Origin: an uncultured Methanobrevibacter sp.
GTDB lineage: Archaea; Methanobacteriota; Methanobacteria; Methanobacteriales; Methanobacteriaceae
Assembly: GCF_900319985.1 (NCBI RefSeq)
Contig: NZ_ONQL01000001.1
DNA length: 64,000 nt
Direction: 5' to 3' (one strand)
In this document: piece by piece, positions 1 to 8,682 of the stretch
How the letters are laid out: each line of letters starts with the position of its first letter
How positions within the stretch are numbered: position 1 is the stretch's first letter
Made by a program: the position numbers and the translations under genes
The notes under the pieces: model-generated
Told to the model about the DNA's origin: nothing
Databases searched by the model: none
What the model saw: the letters and a program-made list of their open reading frames with translations, nothing else

Positions 1-680
1 ATAAGGTTTACTGCAGTTTGCTGTTTTTGTGTTTGTGAATCTGTAATTGATGTTTCCATCAGAAATGTATGAATGCCTTTTCTGGCAATAGGCTTTGTTA
101 CCTTTTCAGGGCTGGTTCCTTCGCTGAATTCATAGTTGACAAGATTGACGTCTTTTGATAATTTGTCAATATATGAATTAATCTTGTCTGTTTTGTTAGA
201 AAGTGAAAATATGAAATTGGAATATTCATAGTCCGGATTGATTTCATGAACGTCAACGACTATGAACGGATTGTCCTTGGCGATATTGTTGACGACAAAT
301 TTGTTTGCCAACAGCTCTCCGGCAGGCCTTGTATCATCACGTGAAGTCAATTCGTTTTTGACCGTAACGTAATAGATTACGAATTTTTTGGTAAGATTGC
401 CGTCTTCACTTTTGGTCATGTTCTCAATGGTCCGGTTTATTGCCTCATGAATCTCATGTTCCCTCGGATGAACGCCCAGGATGATGGCAACTGTTTCGTT
501 TGACGAGGTATTGCCTCCGGTAATCTTATATACTGTTCCATTATCATTGTGTCCGACTTCCGTAATGTTATATGTGTTTGTCTGACTGTTGTCATTTGAA
601 TTGAATATAACAGCAAGGTTAAATATAACTATGGTTATTAAAACCAGTAACAGAAGTTCGTATTGATGTTTCTTGTTCAT
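1..680 (-). CDS. Membrane-anchored Zn-carboxypeptidase (M14)-like protein, truncated by the window edge
   Basis: Not in ORF track. Hand-translated from ATG at 680: MNKKHQYELLLLVLITIVIFNLAVIF (TM anchor) ... ILGVHPREHEIH ... VVDVHE, an HxxE + DxH Zn-peptidase-like signature. Confidence 0.65.
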   Translation of the reverse strand, partial: MNKKHQYELLLLVLITIVIFNLAVIFNSNDNSQTNTYNITEVGHNDNGTVYKITGGNTSSNETVAIILGVHPREHEIHEAINRTIENMTKSEDGNLTKKFVIYYVTVKNELTSRDDTRPAGELLANKFVVNNIAKDNPFIVVDVHEINPDYEYSNFIFSLSNKTDKINSYIDKLSKDVNLVNYEFSEGTSPEKVTKPIARKGIHTFLMETSITDSQTQKQQTAVNL

Positions 681-807
681 ATTTTAACCTAAAATTTATT
701 TTTAATATTATTTTTTATCGTTTTTAATAAAAATACTTTTTTGATTGACTAAACTTTATAATAGAGAATTTACTAAAAATATTAATATAAATTATGGAGT
801 TCACATA

Positions 808-1476
808 ATGGAAACTAAAAATATAATTTTAATCGCAATAGTGGTTATAGCAATTATTGCAATTGTAGGTGCTATATTCTTAACTACGGGCGGTTCCGGA
901 AAAAATATGATGGGAGAATCTACCAAATTTAGCAATTCATTTATGGAAGGTTCTTTTTCAGGAAATGCAAAATTAGTAAACAACTCTTCAGAGTTCATGC
1001 AATCCTATAAGGATGAAAAGCATGACATAACATATAACATTTCCACTGTAGATAATTCAACTGCACTGATGGATATATATTATGTTCAAGGAGTAATGAA
1101 TCCTGAAAAACGATCATTAAATGGAAATGATTGGAATATCTATTTCTCCCAAGCTATTGAGGGAAATAATACAAATAAAACATTGAACATTGTTATTTGC
1201 CAATGTCAAAAGGAAAAACAAGGCTATTTGGTTTATATGATTATAGGATCAAATACTGATTTAAATACCTCTGCCTTTAATACTTACGGTGAATTGTATA
1301 AAGGTTACGTCGAGCCGCTGCTTAAAAGCTTGACATTGAAGGAAACCCAAAAGGTTCCGGCTATCAATGAAGAGTTCGGTTTGACTTCAGATCAGTTTGC
1401 ACAACAAATGAATCTTGTCAAGCAGTACAAGGCAGGAAACACTTCCGCATTGGGTTCATCTTCAGGAGCACGGTAG
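808..1476 (+). CDS. Hypothetical membrane-anchored/exported protein
   Basis: ORF 745..1476; likelier ATG at 808 after GGAG; N-terminal hydrophobic anchor. Confidence 0.75.
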   Translation: METKNIILIAIVVIAIIAIVGAIFLTTGGSGKNMMGESTKFSNSFMEGSFSGNAKLVNNSSEFMQSYKDEKHDITYNISTVDNSTALMDIYYVQGVMNPEKRSLNGNDWNIYFSQAIEGNNTNKTLNIVICQCQKEKQGYLVYMIIGSNTDLNTSAFNTYGELYKGYVEPLLKSLTLKETQKVPAINEEFGLTSDQFAQQMNLVKQYKAGNTSALGSSSGAR

Positions 1477-2007
1477 ATGAAAATTACAGTTTTTCATGCA
1501 GATGAGTGCGACAGAAAAAAATGCACTTCCATAAAAATGGAGAAGATGGGCAAATGCAGGCTGGTTTATAACATAAACAAAATACCTTCAGGCGCCATTG
1601 TCCTAAATCCATATGCTGAAAAAGCTGTATCCTATGAGGACTATCGGTATGTTCAAAGAAGGGGGGTTGTAGGACTTGACTGCTCCTGGAATGAGGTTTC
1701 AAGTTCTAAAAAATTCTTCTCTCTTTCAAAGTACCACCGATCCCTTCCATTTTTGGTGGCGACAAATCCTGTCAATTACGGAAAACCATGCATATTGTCA
1801 ACAGTCGAGGCCATTTCAGCCACATTGTACATCACACGCTTCAAGGATGAGGCTCGTGAGCTTATGGATGGATTTAAATGGGGTCATACATTTTTGGAGT
1901 TAAATCATGATTTGCTTGAGGCTTACAGCGAAGCTGACAGCAGCTCTGAAGTCGTCAAAGTTCAAAATGAATTTTTAGCTGAAAAAGGTATTAATTCAGA
2001 GGAATAA
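1477..2007 (+). CDS. tsr3: 16S rRNA aminocarboxypropyltransferase Tsr3 (DUF367)
   Basis: ECDRKKCT, LDCSW, RSLPFLVATNPVNYGKP, LSTVEA, FKWGHTFLELN motifs. Confidence 0.95.
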   Translation: MKITVFHADECDRKKCTSIKMEKMGKCRLVYNINKIPSGAIVLNPYAEKAVSYEDYRYVQRRGVVGLDCSWNEVSSSKKFFSLSKYHRSLPFLVATNPVNYGKPCILSTVEAISATLYITRFKDEARELMDGFKWGHTFLELNHDLLEAYSEADSSSEVVKVQNEFLAEKGINSEE

Positions 2008-2155
2008 TCCTCTATTCTATTTTTTTTACAACAATTATCAATTAAAATTAATCTTATACAAATAATCATGCATAATATTTTCATATTCTTTTAATGAAAT
2101 GTAAAAAATGGTTGATTAAAAAAATTATTGTAAATAAATAAAGCAAAGGTTAATT

Positions 2156-2458
2156 ATGAGTGAAAATAATTTACACCAACTTCGCTTTGACGAGGAGAGA
2201 ATTGAATATTTCGCTAAGAGGGAACATGGGGATTGGTTAAAGCTCAAGCTCAATTTTGGATATTGATATCTTCAGTTGGAGGACATAGAAAAGCCGAAAA
2301 TTGAGGATAGAAGCATAAATCTGGTCAATAATCCAAATCAGGTATCATGGGAACATCTTGATAAAAACATTAAAAAAGCAAACAAGAACACATTCATTAA
2401 CCTTTCGAAAATGTGTGAAGATTCCAATGTTGGTCTGAAGATTGTTAAAAGTGAATAG
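2156..2458 (+). pseudogene. ~100-codon ORF interrupted by an in-frame TGA at 2264-2266
   Basis: ATG 2156 with AAGG upstream; MSENNLHQLRFDEERIEYFAKREHGDWLKLKLNFGY*YLQ continues in frame into ORF 2276..2458. Confidence 0.55.
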
Positions 2459-2635
2459 GGTAACAATTATTTTTTCATTATAAAATATTTTTGTTATTTG
2501 GCCCTTTTTTACTAAACCTTTAAATACTATTAAGTTAATATAATTTATTAATAGTTATGAAAACTGACATTATTGTTTCTTATTTCATAACCTTTTATTA
2601 TTATTGATTTTCATGATTACAAGGAGGAGTTATTA

Positions 2636-2782
2636 ATGGCAAGATTTGAAGAAGCAGAAAACAGAATGTTCAATGTAAAAATCTGCTTAAAATGTAATGC
2701 TCGTAACCCTGCTGCTGCAACTACTTGCAGAAAATGCGGTTACAAAGGTTTAAGATTCAAAGCTAAAGAACCAAGAGGATAG
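2636..2782 (+). CDS. rpl40e: 50S ribosomal protein L40e
   Basis: Not in ORF track. [48 protein letters not shown]; Zn-ribbon; strong AGGAGG RBS. Confidence 0.97.
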   Translation: MARFEEAENRMFNVKICLKCNARNPAAATTCRKCGYKGLRFKAKEPRG

Positions 2783-2872
2783 ACTTATTCTCTTTTACTT
2801 TTTTTTATTTATTTTTTTTAAAACAATTAATTTAATATATTATTTTTAATAAATCTTATTTTAGGTATTCTT

Positions 2873-3625
2873 ATGAAAGACGTTGAAAATTACATTAGAG
2901 ACATATTAAAAACAAGGAAAATACATTTCACTTTAATTGACCCTGATGAACAAACACCTGAAGAGGCTTTGGAAATAGCTACTGCCGCAATCGAAGGCGG
3001 AACTGATGGAATTATGATTGGGGGATCTACTGTAAATGGTGATGATGTCGACAATACATGCAGGATATTGTCTGAAAACATCGCAGTTCCTATTATTATT
3101 TTCCCGGGCAATACAAGTAGTGTGAGCAAATACGCTGATGCAATATTTTACATGAGTTATGTTAACTCAACAAACCCTTACTGGATTAACGGTGCTCAGG
3201 CATTGGCTGCACCTGCAGTTAAGGCATCAGGAATGGAAGTTTTATCAATGGCATATATGGTTGCTGAACCTGGCGGAACCGTCGGTTGGGTAGGGGATGC
3301 AAAGCTTGTGCCTAGAAACAAGCCTAAAATACCTGCTGTTTATGCAATGTCTGCAGAAATGTTCGGAATGAAATTTTTCTATATTGAGGCAGGTTCCGGT
3401 GCATCAGAACCTATTCCTCCGGAAATGGTTGCATACACCAAAAAAGCTACAGATAATATGATTGTTGTCGTCGGTGGGGGAATACGTGACGGTAAAGCAG
3501 CATATGCTGCTGCAAAGGCTGGTGGAGATGTTGTCGTAACTGGTACTATTGTCGAAGAGGTTGACGACGTACAGGCTAAAATTCAGGAATTGACCGGAGC
3601 TATCAAAAAAGCTTCATTGGAGTAG
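2873..3625 (+). CDS. Geranylgeranylglyceryl phosphate synthase (PcrB family)
   Basis: HFTLIDPD, DGIMIGGS, IFPG, YIEAGSGA, VGGGIR, VVTGT motifs. Confidence 0.95.
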   Translation: MKDVENYIRDILKTRKIHFTLIDPDEQTPEEALEIATAAIEGGTDGIMIGGSTVNGDDVDNTCRILSENIAVPIIIFPGNTSSVSKYADAIFYMSYVNSTNPYWINGAQALAAPAVKASGMEVLSMAYMVAEPGGTVGWVGDAKLVPRNKPKIPAVYAMSAEMFGMKFFYIEAGSGASEPIPPEMVAYTKKATDNMIVVVGGGIRDGKAAYAAAKAGGDVVVTGTIVEEVDDVQAKIQELTGAIKKASLE

Positions 3626-3641
3626 TTTTCAACTGCTCTCA
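3623..3641 (+). promoter_or_regulatory. Repair-gene box copy 1 (TAGTTTTCAACTGCTCTCA) upstream of nurA
   Basis: TTTTC starts at 3626; TATA-like TTTATTAA starts at 3651 (25 nt); ATG at 3680 implies a near-leaderless mRNA. Confidence 0.75.
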
Positions 3642-3679
3642 CCACACTTTTTTATTAAGTTATTAACATAGGAAGTAGT

Positions 3680-4747
3680 ATGTTAAATTCACTATATGAA
3701 AAGGCCATCGCTAAAAGAGGATTTATACACGAAATTGAATCAGACAATAATCTTGAATCCCAGCTGGAAGCCAATTGGTTTTCACGAGAATTCAAAGAAA
3801 GTTCTGAGGATTTTACTATTGCTGCCGGAGACGGAAGCTTCAACAAAAAGAAATTTTTAAAAAGCAACTTCTGCGCTATAGGTGCCGAATCCCTAATTTA
3901 TGATGGTGAAATAAAAAAAATTGACGATGCAGACATACTCGAAATTAATCACATTTCATTTTTGGATGAACTTTTGGGTAACTACATGTCAATATTGGAA
4001 CTCAAATGCGCTCTTAGGGCCATTAATGAGTATGATGTTGATTATTATATGTTCGATGGGTCTATACTGGGAGATTTGGAAAATGCCTATCCTAGAGGTG
4101 CAGAACTTCCATCCAAAATCAGAAACAATTTGGATGAAGCCCTTTTAAACGAATTTCGAAGACGCTTTGAAATAACACCATTTGGTTTTGTATTTCAACA
4201 AATCAAAGAAAGAGTATTGGCCGATGTCAGTGTAAACGAAGACTTTGAAGAAAAGGAAGACTTTGACCTTCATCTCTCTTCAATAGAAAAAATCATTTTA
4301 TTGAAAGAAATTTTAGAAAACAAGAAAAAGATAATTTCTATATCCAAAACATCTTCCGACAATGATTTGTTTAATTGGAACATTCCGGATATTTCTATTT
4401 TGGATAACCTGACAGATAAAAAACAGGGATTGTCAAAAATTGAATATAGACGAGTCTTTAAAAATGCGTCTTTCCAATATTTCAATGACTTTTTCAAGCA
4501 ATTGCAATTCACTGTATTTTATGTCAGGCTTCAGGACAACAAAAATGTGCTGAAGGTAGAACTGCCCTACAAGGCATCGATTGGAGAGGTCATAGACATC
4601 ATTGAAAAGATTAATGTAATGGCGGTACAGGGATATCCGTATCTGCTTAACAAGGCACATAATGATGTTGTCATTACAGACAGGAACATTAAGGAATTAT
4701 TGAAGATTGCAAAGATTTACGAAACAACAAACAGGGAAATGTTATAG
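3680..4747 (+). CDS. nurA: DNA double-strand-break repair nuclease NurA
   Basis: AAGDGS, FDGS, SISKTS, GYPYLLNKAHNDV motifs; adjacent to herA. Confidence 0.95.
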   Translation: MLNSLYEKAIAKRGFIHEIESDNNLESQLEANWFSREFKESSEDFTIAAGDGSFNKKKFLKSNFCAIGAESLIYDGEIKKIDDADILEINHISFLDELLGNYMSILELKCALRAINEYDVDYYMFDGSILGDLENAYPRGAELPSKIRNNLDEALLNEFRRRFEITPFGFVFQQIKERVLADVSVNEDFEEKEDFDLHLSSIEKIILLKEILENKKKIISISKTSSDNDLFNWNIPDISILDNLTDKKQGLSKIEYRRVFKNASFQYFNDFFKQLQFTVFYVRLQDNKNVLKVELPYKASIGEVIDIIEKINVMAVQGYPYLLNKAHNDVVITDRNIKELLKIAKIYETTNREML

Positions 4748-4756
4748 GTGGTTTTA

Positions 4757-6256
4757 ATGGTAGTAGGAATTTGTGTAGGCGAAACATCACTTTCAGAAGT
4801 TACTTTTATTTCAGACAAAATGCCGAAAGTGGGTGAATATGTAACTATCGAATATGACGGCAAGAAGGTTTTGGGAATGATTGAAAACCTGATTAGGGGA
4901 AACGATGCTTTGAATGTTGATATAAATGACTTCAAGGCAATTCAAAAAATCTCAAGAATTGGAGTGGACGACAATTATATAAGGGGCAAAGTAAAAATAT
5001 TGGGTGATGTCAATGACAATCTGAAATTGCCGAGAACTCCCGTGCTTCCCGGAACTGAAATCAGGCTTGCTGACAAGGATACGTTAAATGAAATATTCAA
5101 GGTTAAAAATCCAATTAAATTAGGTTCACTTGTCAATCAGAGTGATGTTGAAGTCAATGTTGAGGCTAATCCCATTTTATCAAGACATCTTGCTATTCTG
5201 GCAATGACCGGTGCAGGTAAGTCAAATACCGTTTCAGTTCTGATAGATCAGATGTTGGGTTATGACGTTCCTGTATTTGTATTTGATATGCATGGTGAGT
5301 ATGTGGGTGCAGATTTCCCGAATGGAGAAGTAAATGTAATTAGGCCAAAGATCAATCCGATTTACATGTCCTTTCATGAAATTAAAAAATTAGTCAATAT
5401 TCCGTCCAACGGATATATTCAAGAAAGACATTTCAGAAGAGCATTTAAAGAAGCCAGGGGAATGGTTAGAGATGGAACAGCACATACCAACAATTTTTTA
5501 CAGATGATTTACGATATACTTGAAAGGGATTCACTGGAGGAAGGCTCCGATAAGCAAATTGTCGATGTCATGAATAAAATCGATGATTCCATGGACAGGT
5601 ATTCCAATATCTTTGACAATAACATAGGCAATATATTGACCAGTATCAAGATTGGGCATGCTAATGTATTGGATTTAAGCCAGTCTGATGAATCAATTGC
5701 CAATGTGCTGGTAAGCCACATCATGAGAAATGCCCTGCAAATGAGAAAAAATGCTGTTCATGGAAAATATAAAAAAACATTGGATTTCCCAGTATTCTTT
5801 GTATTGGAAGAGGCACATATATTGGCTCCAAATAAACGTGATTCTGATTCAAAACGTTGGATTCAAAGGGTTGCAAGAGAAGGCCGTAAATTTGGCCTGG
5901 GATTATGTCTGGTAAGTCAATCACCAAAAACAGTTGACCATGATGCACTATCCCAAATGAATAACATGATAATTTTAAGGCTTGTAGAGCCTGAAGACCA
6001 AAGGCATGTTCAATCAGCAAGTGAGAGTTTATCTCAAGATTTAATTAACCAATTGCCATCACTGAATGTTGGTGAAGCTATTGTATTGGGTTTGATGAGC
6101 AGAGTTCCTACTTTGGTTAAAATAAATCAGTTTAAAGGACGTATTCATGGAGATGACATGGACATTGTTTCTTATTTTGCAGACATTAAGCAAAACGAGG
6201 AAGATGAAATTAAGCGTCAGGAAGAGGAAAGTATGCAAATGGGTTATAATTATTAA
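4757..6256 (+). CDS. herA: Bipolar DNA helicase/translocase HerA
   Basis: HAS barrel; RHLAILAMTGAGKS Walker A; FDMHGEY; LEEAH Walker B; REGRKFG; SQSP. Start at ATG 4757 after GGTG. Confidence 0.95.
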   Translation: MVVGICVGETSLSEVTFISDKMPKVGEYVTIEYDGKKVLGMIENLIRGNDALNVDINDFKAIQKISRIGVDDNYIRGKVKILGDVNDNLKLPRTPVLPGTEIRLADKDTLNEIFKVKNPIKLGSLVNQSDVEVNVEANPILSRHLAILAMTGAGKSNTVSVLIDQMLGYDVPVFVFDMHGEYVGADFPNGEVNVIRPKINPIYMSFHEIKKLVNIPSNGYIQERHFRRAFKEARGMVRDGTAHTNNFLQMIYDILERDSLEEGSDKQIVDVMNKIDDSMDRYSNIFDNNIGNILTSIKIGHANVLDLSQSDESIANVLVSHIMRNALQMRKNAVHGKYKKTLDFPVFFVLEEAHILAPNKRDSDSKRWIQRVAREGRKFGLGLCLVSQSPKTVDHDALSQMNNMIILRLVEPEDQRHVQSASESLSQDLINQLPSLNVGEAIVLGLMSRVPTLVKINQFKGRIHGDDMDIVSYFADIKQNEEDEIKRQEEESMQMGYNY

Positions 6257-6260
6257 ACCC

Positions 6261-6274
6261 TTCTTTTTTTTTTT
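6261..6274 (+). terminator. Oligo-T terminator after herA
   Basis: TTCTTTTTTTTTTT just after the stop codon. Confidence 0.6.
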
Positions 6275-6389
6275 AATTTGATTATTTATTTTTCCTTATA
6301 ATATTGTAGGAATTATTTGAAAACTTTTTTATAGTTGATTAGATATATTATTCCTTGAAAATCAGTATTGAAAACTATTGATTGTCTAA

Positions 6390-6848
6390 ATGCAATTTAA
6401 TATAATTAATGCAATTTTTCAATATGAAGTCAATTTAATAGGAGGAATCAACATATTTCAATGGGAAGATTTTAAAGAAGTTGCCGATGAGTTAATCAAA
6501 AATCCACAAGAAGCATATGTTAGAAGTGCTATGGGCAGATATTATTATTCAATTTTTGGTTCTACAGGGGATTACTTGGTTAATGTGATGAATAAATATG
6601 AATTTGATTCTAAAAAGGACATTCATAAAAAGGTATATGATGAATTAATGAATTCTCATAATTCAAATGAAATACACTTGGCGGAATGCTTAAAGTTCTT
6701 AAGAGAAATAAGAAATAATGCTGATTATGATATATCTGATAAGAATGAGGAATATTTCAAAAAAAATTCGCAAAAAGTAATTAAAGCAACAAATGATGCC
6801 TTTGATTCATTAAATGTTCTAATTAATAATCCTCCATATAATTTTTGA
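6390..6848 (+). CDS. HEPN-domain protein (putative RNase toxin); true start may be ATA at 6453
   Basis: FQWEDF..A..L, RSAMGRYYYSIF, H..V, LREIRNNADY are typical HEPN signatures; GGAGG lies 7 nt before ATA-TTT-CAA-TGG. Confidence 0.8.
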   Translation: MQFNIINAIFQYEVNLIGGINIFQWEDFKEVADELIKNPQEAYVRSAMGRYYYSIFGSTGDYLVNVMNKYEFDSKKDIHKKVYDELMNSHNSNEIHLAECLKFLREIRNNADYDISDKNEEYFKKNSQKVIKATNDAFDSLNVLINNPPYNF

Positions 6849-6857
6849 GGTGTCTTT

Positions 6858-7250
6858 ATGGATGAATTGGATTTTGTTAAAAAATTGGAAGAAGATGAGG
6901 AATTATTTGATCGGGAATATGATAAATTGGGCGATTTTTTTAATTTACGTCATTATGAAAAGGTTCATGATTTCATTAAAGACAATACTGAGCTTATAGT
7001 ATTGTTGAATGAACTTAAGCATAGATTGTCTAAAGCATTTCCTACAGGTAAATTTGATTTGGTTCTTAACACGGATTATGAATATTCTGATTGGTCCATT
7101 GTTGTGTTATATGTCAAAGTTGATGAGTATACCTTTGATAATGGTGTTATGGATGATATTAATAAAATTACTTTTGATTTCATACCTTTGAGACGAAAAT
7201 TGGATGTATTGCCGGATTTTGCAATTTGGCCTGCATTATACAATTGGTAA
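6858..7250 (+). CDS. Acidic hypothetical protein, putative HEPN partner/antitoxin
   Basis: GAGGTG RBS; begins 9 nt after the HEPN stop; no canonical MNT GSxxxG/DxD motif. Confidence 0.6.
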   Translation: MDELDFVKKLEEDEELFDREYDKLGDFFNLRHYEKVHDFIKDNTELIVLLNELKHRLSKAFPTGKFDLVLNTDYEYSDWSIVVLYVKVDEYTFDNGVMDDINKITFDFIPLRRKLDVLPDFAIWPALYNW

Positions 7251-7321
7251 TCAATTTAATTTAATTTCTTTTTCTTTACTATTTTCAAATCAATTTTATA
7301 TTTACTGAATAAACCATTTTT

Positions 7322-7340
7322 TACTTTTCAAATGCTCTCT
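7322..7340 (+). promoter_or_regulatory. Repair-gene box copy 2 (TACTTTTCAAATGCTCTCT) upstream of mre11
   Basis: TTTTC starts at 7325; TATA-like ATTAAATA starts at 7350 (25 nt). Confidence 0.75.
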
Positions 7341-7443
7341 TTACAAACTATTAAATATGCAGTAGTATAATATATTATTCAGTTAAATACTTTGATTAAG
7401 TGTTTAAATTGGTTATATACAATTGACGAAAAAAGGTAATATA

Positions 7444-8682
7444 ATGAAATTTGCACATTTAGCAGACACTCATTTAGGCTATCGTCAGTTCGGTTTAGTC
7501 GAACGTGAGAAAGACTTTTATGAAGTGTTTGAAAAGGTTATAGATAAAATAATTGAAGAAAAAGTAGATTTTGTAATTCATAGTGGAGATTTATTTGAAA
7601 CCGCAAGACCATCTCCCATAGCGCTTTTGAACTTTCAGAAAGGATTGCTTAAACTGAAAGGTGCAGGAATTCCTATGTATGCAATAGCAGGTAATCATGA
7701 TATTGTAATGCGTAATGACTCTATCCCGCCTCAAGTTATCTTTAAGAAATTAGGTTTGAAAGTAATCAGTCCAATCAATACCACTTATATGCATGGTGAT
7801 ATTTTTATTGCAGGTTTGCCTTTCTATCCGTCTTCTCAGGTTAAAAATTTAAAATCCAAATTGGCCGATTTGTCAAAAAAAGCGGCTAACCATGAAAAGT
7901 CAGTCCTTGTATTGCATCAGGGCATAGACAAATACTTCGGACCTAATTTTGAACTTGAAATAGGAGACCTGCCTGATAACTTTAATTATTATGCAATGGG
8001 TCACATTCATAATTATATTAATGATAATTTTGGAAATGGTAAACTGGTTTATCCTGGTTCCAGTGAAATCTGGAAAACAAATGAACTGAAGGACTATAAG
8101 GAAAACGGTAAGGGTTTTGTGGTTGTTGACTTCGATGGTCCTAAGCCTCTTGTCAAGAGGGTTAAGGTGGACATCTCCCGTACATTCATTGAAAGATCTC
8201 TTGATTACTCTAAATTGGAAAGCGGCATTGCCGGCTTGAAGGAAACCATAATTGGATTTGATAAAAAACCGATTTTGGATTTGAAAATCAACAATGTCGA
8301 GTCCGATACTAAAATGGTTTATGAGTTGATTAAAGAGGAATTAGGTGATTTGTCTTTAATGATTAGGCCTACTTTCAATATGGCTGGTGAAGAGGATTTG
8401 GATGTTATAATTAATCAATCCGAGTCTTTGGGTCCTGATGATCTTTTAAAAGAACAATTGGGAAATTACGGTGATGAGTCTGTCATTAGATTGGGTCTGG
8501 ATTTATACCATTTCCTGTCAAAGGATAAAATCGAGGAATCTGAAGATATATTGAAGCAGTTCTTTGATGAGAATTATCACATTGCCAATGAATATGTCGA
8601 ATTGAATGGAGAGGAAATTGGGGAAGAACCGTCAAAAGGTGAAAAAGAGATTCAAGTCACATTTAAGGAGGCTCTAGAATGA
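7444..8682 (+). CDS. mre11: DNA repair nuclease Mre11
   Basis: HLADTHLG, GDLFE, AGNHD, VLHQ, YYAMGHIH, YPGS metallophosphoesterase motifs; overlaps rad50. Confidence 0.96.
   Translation: MKFAHLADTHLGYRQFGLVEREKDFYEVFEKVIDKIIEEKVDFVIHSGDLFETARPSPIALLNFQKGLLKLKGAGIPMYAIAGNHDIVMRNDSIPPQVIFKKLGLKVISPINTTYMHGDIFIAGLPFYPSSQVKNLKSKLADLSKKAANHEKSVLVLHQGIDKYFGPNFELEIGDLPDNFNYYAMGHIHNYINDNFGNGKLVYPGSSEIWKTNELKDYKENGKGFVVVDFDGPKPLVKRVKVDISRTFIERSLDYSKLESGIAGLKETIIGFDKKPILDLKINNVESDTKMVYELIKEELGDLSLMIRPTFNMAGEEDLDVIINQSESLGPDDLLKEQLGNYGDESVIRLGLDLYHFLSKDKIEESEDILKQFFDENYHIANEYVELNGEEIGEEPSKGEKEIQVTFKEALE

Noticed and set aside
2264..2266. Selenocysteine recoding
   Set aside because: No redox-motif context or recognisable SECIS, and the HdrA here uses Cys; Trp-to-stop is simpler
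4757..6256. HerA as part of a defence system such as Sir2-HerA
   Set aside because: Context and HAS barrel match housekeeping NurA-HerA-Mre11-Rad50
6307..6325. Partial inverse box (AGTTTTCAAAT) as the left end of a mobile HEPN cassette or a fifth box
   Set aside because: Lacks GCTCTC and coincides with the BRE/TATA of the HEPN promoter
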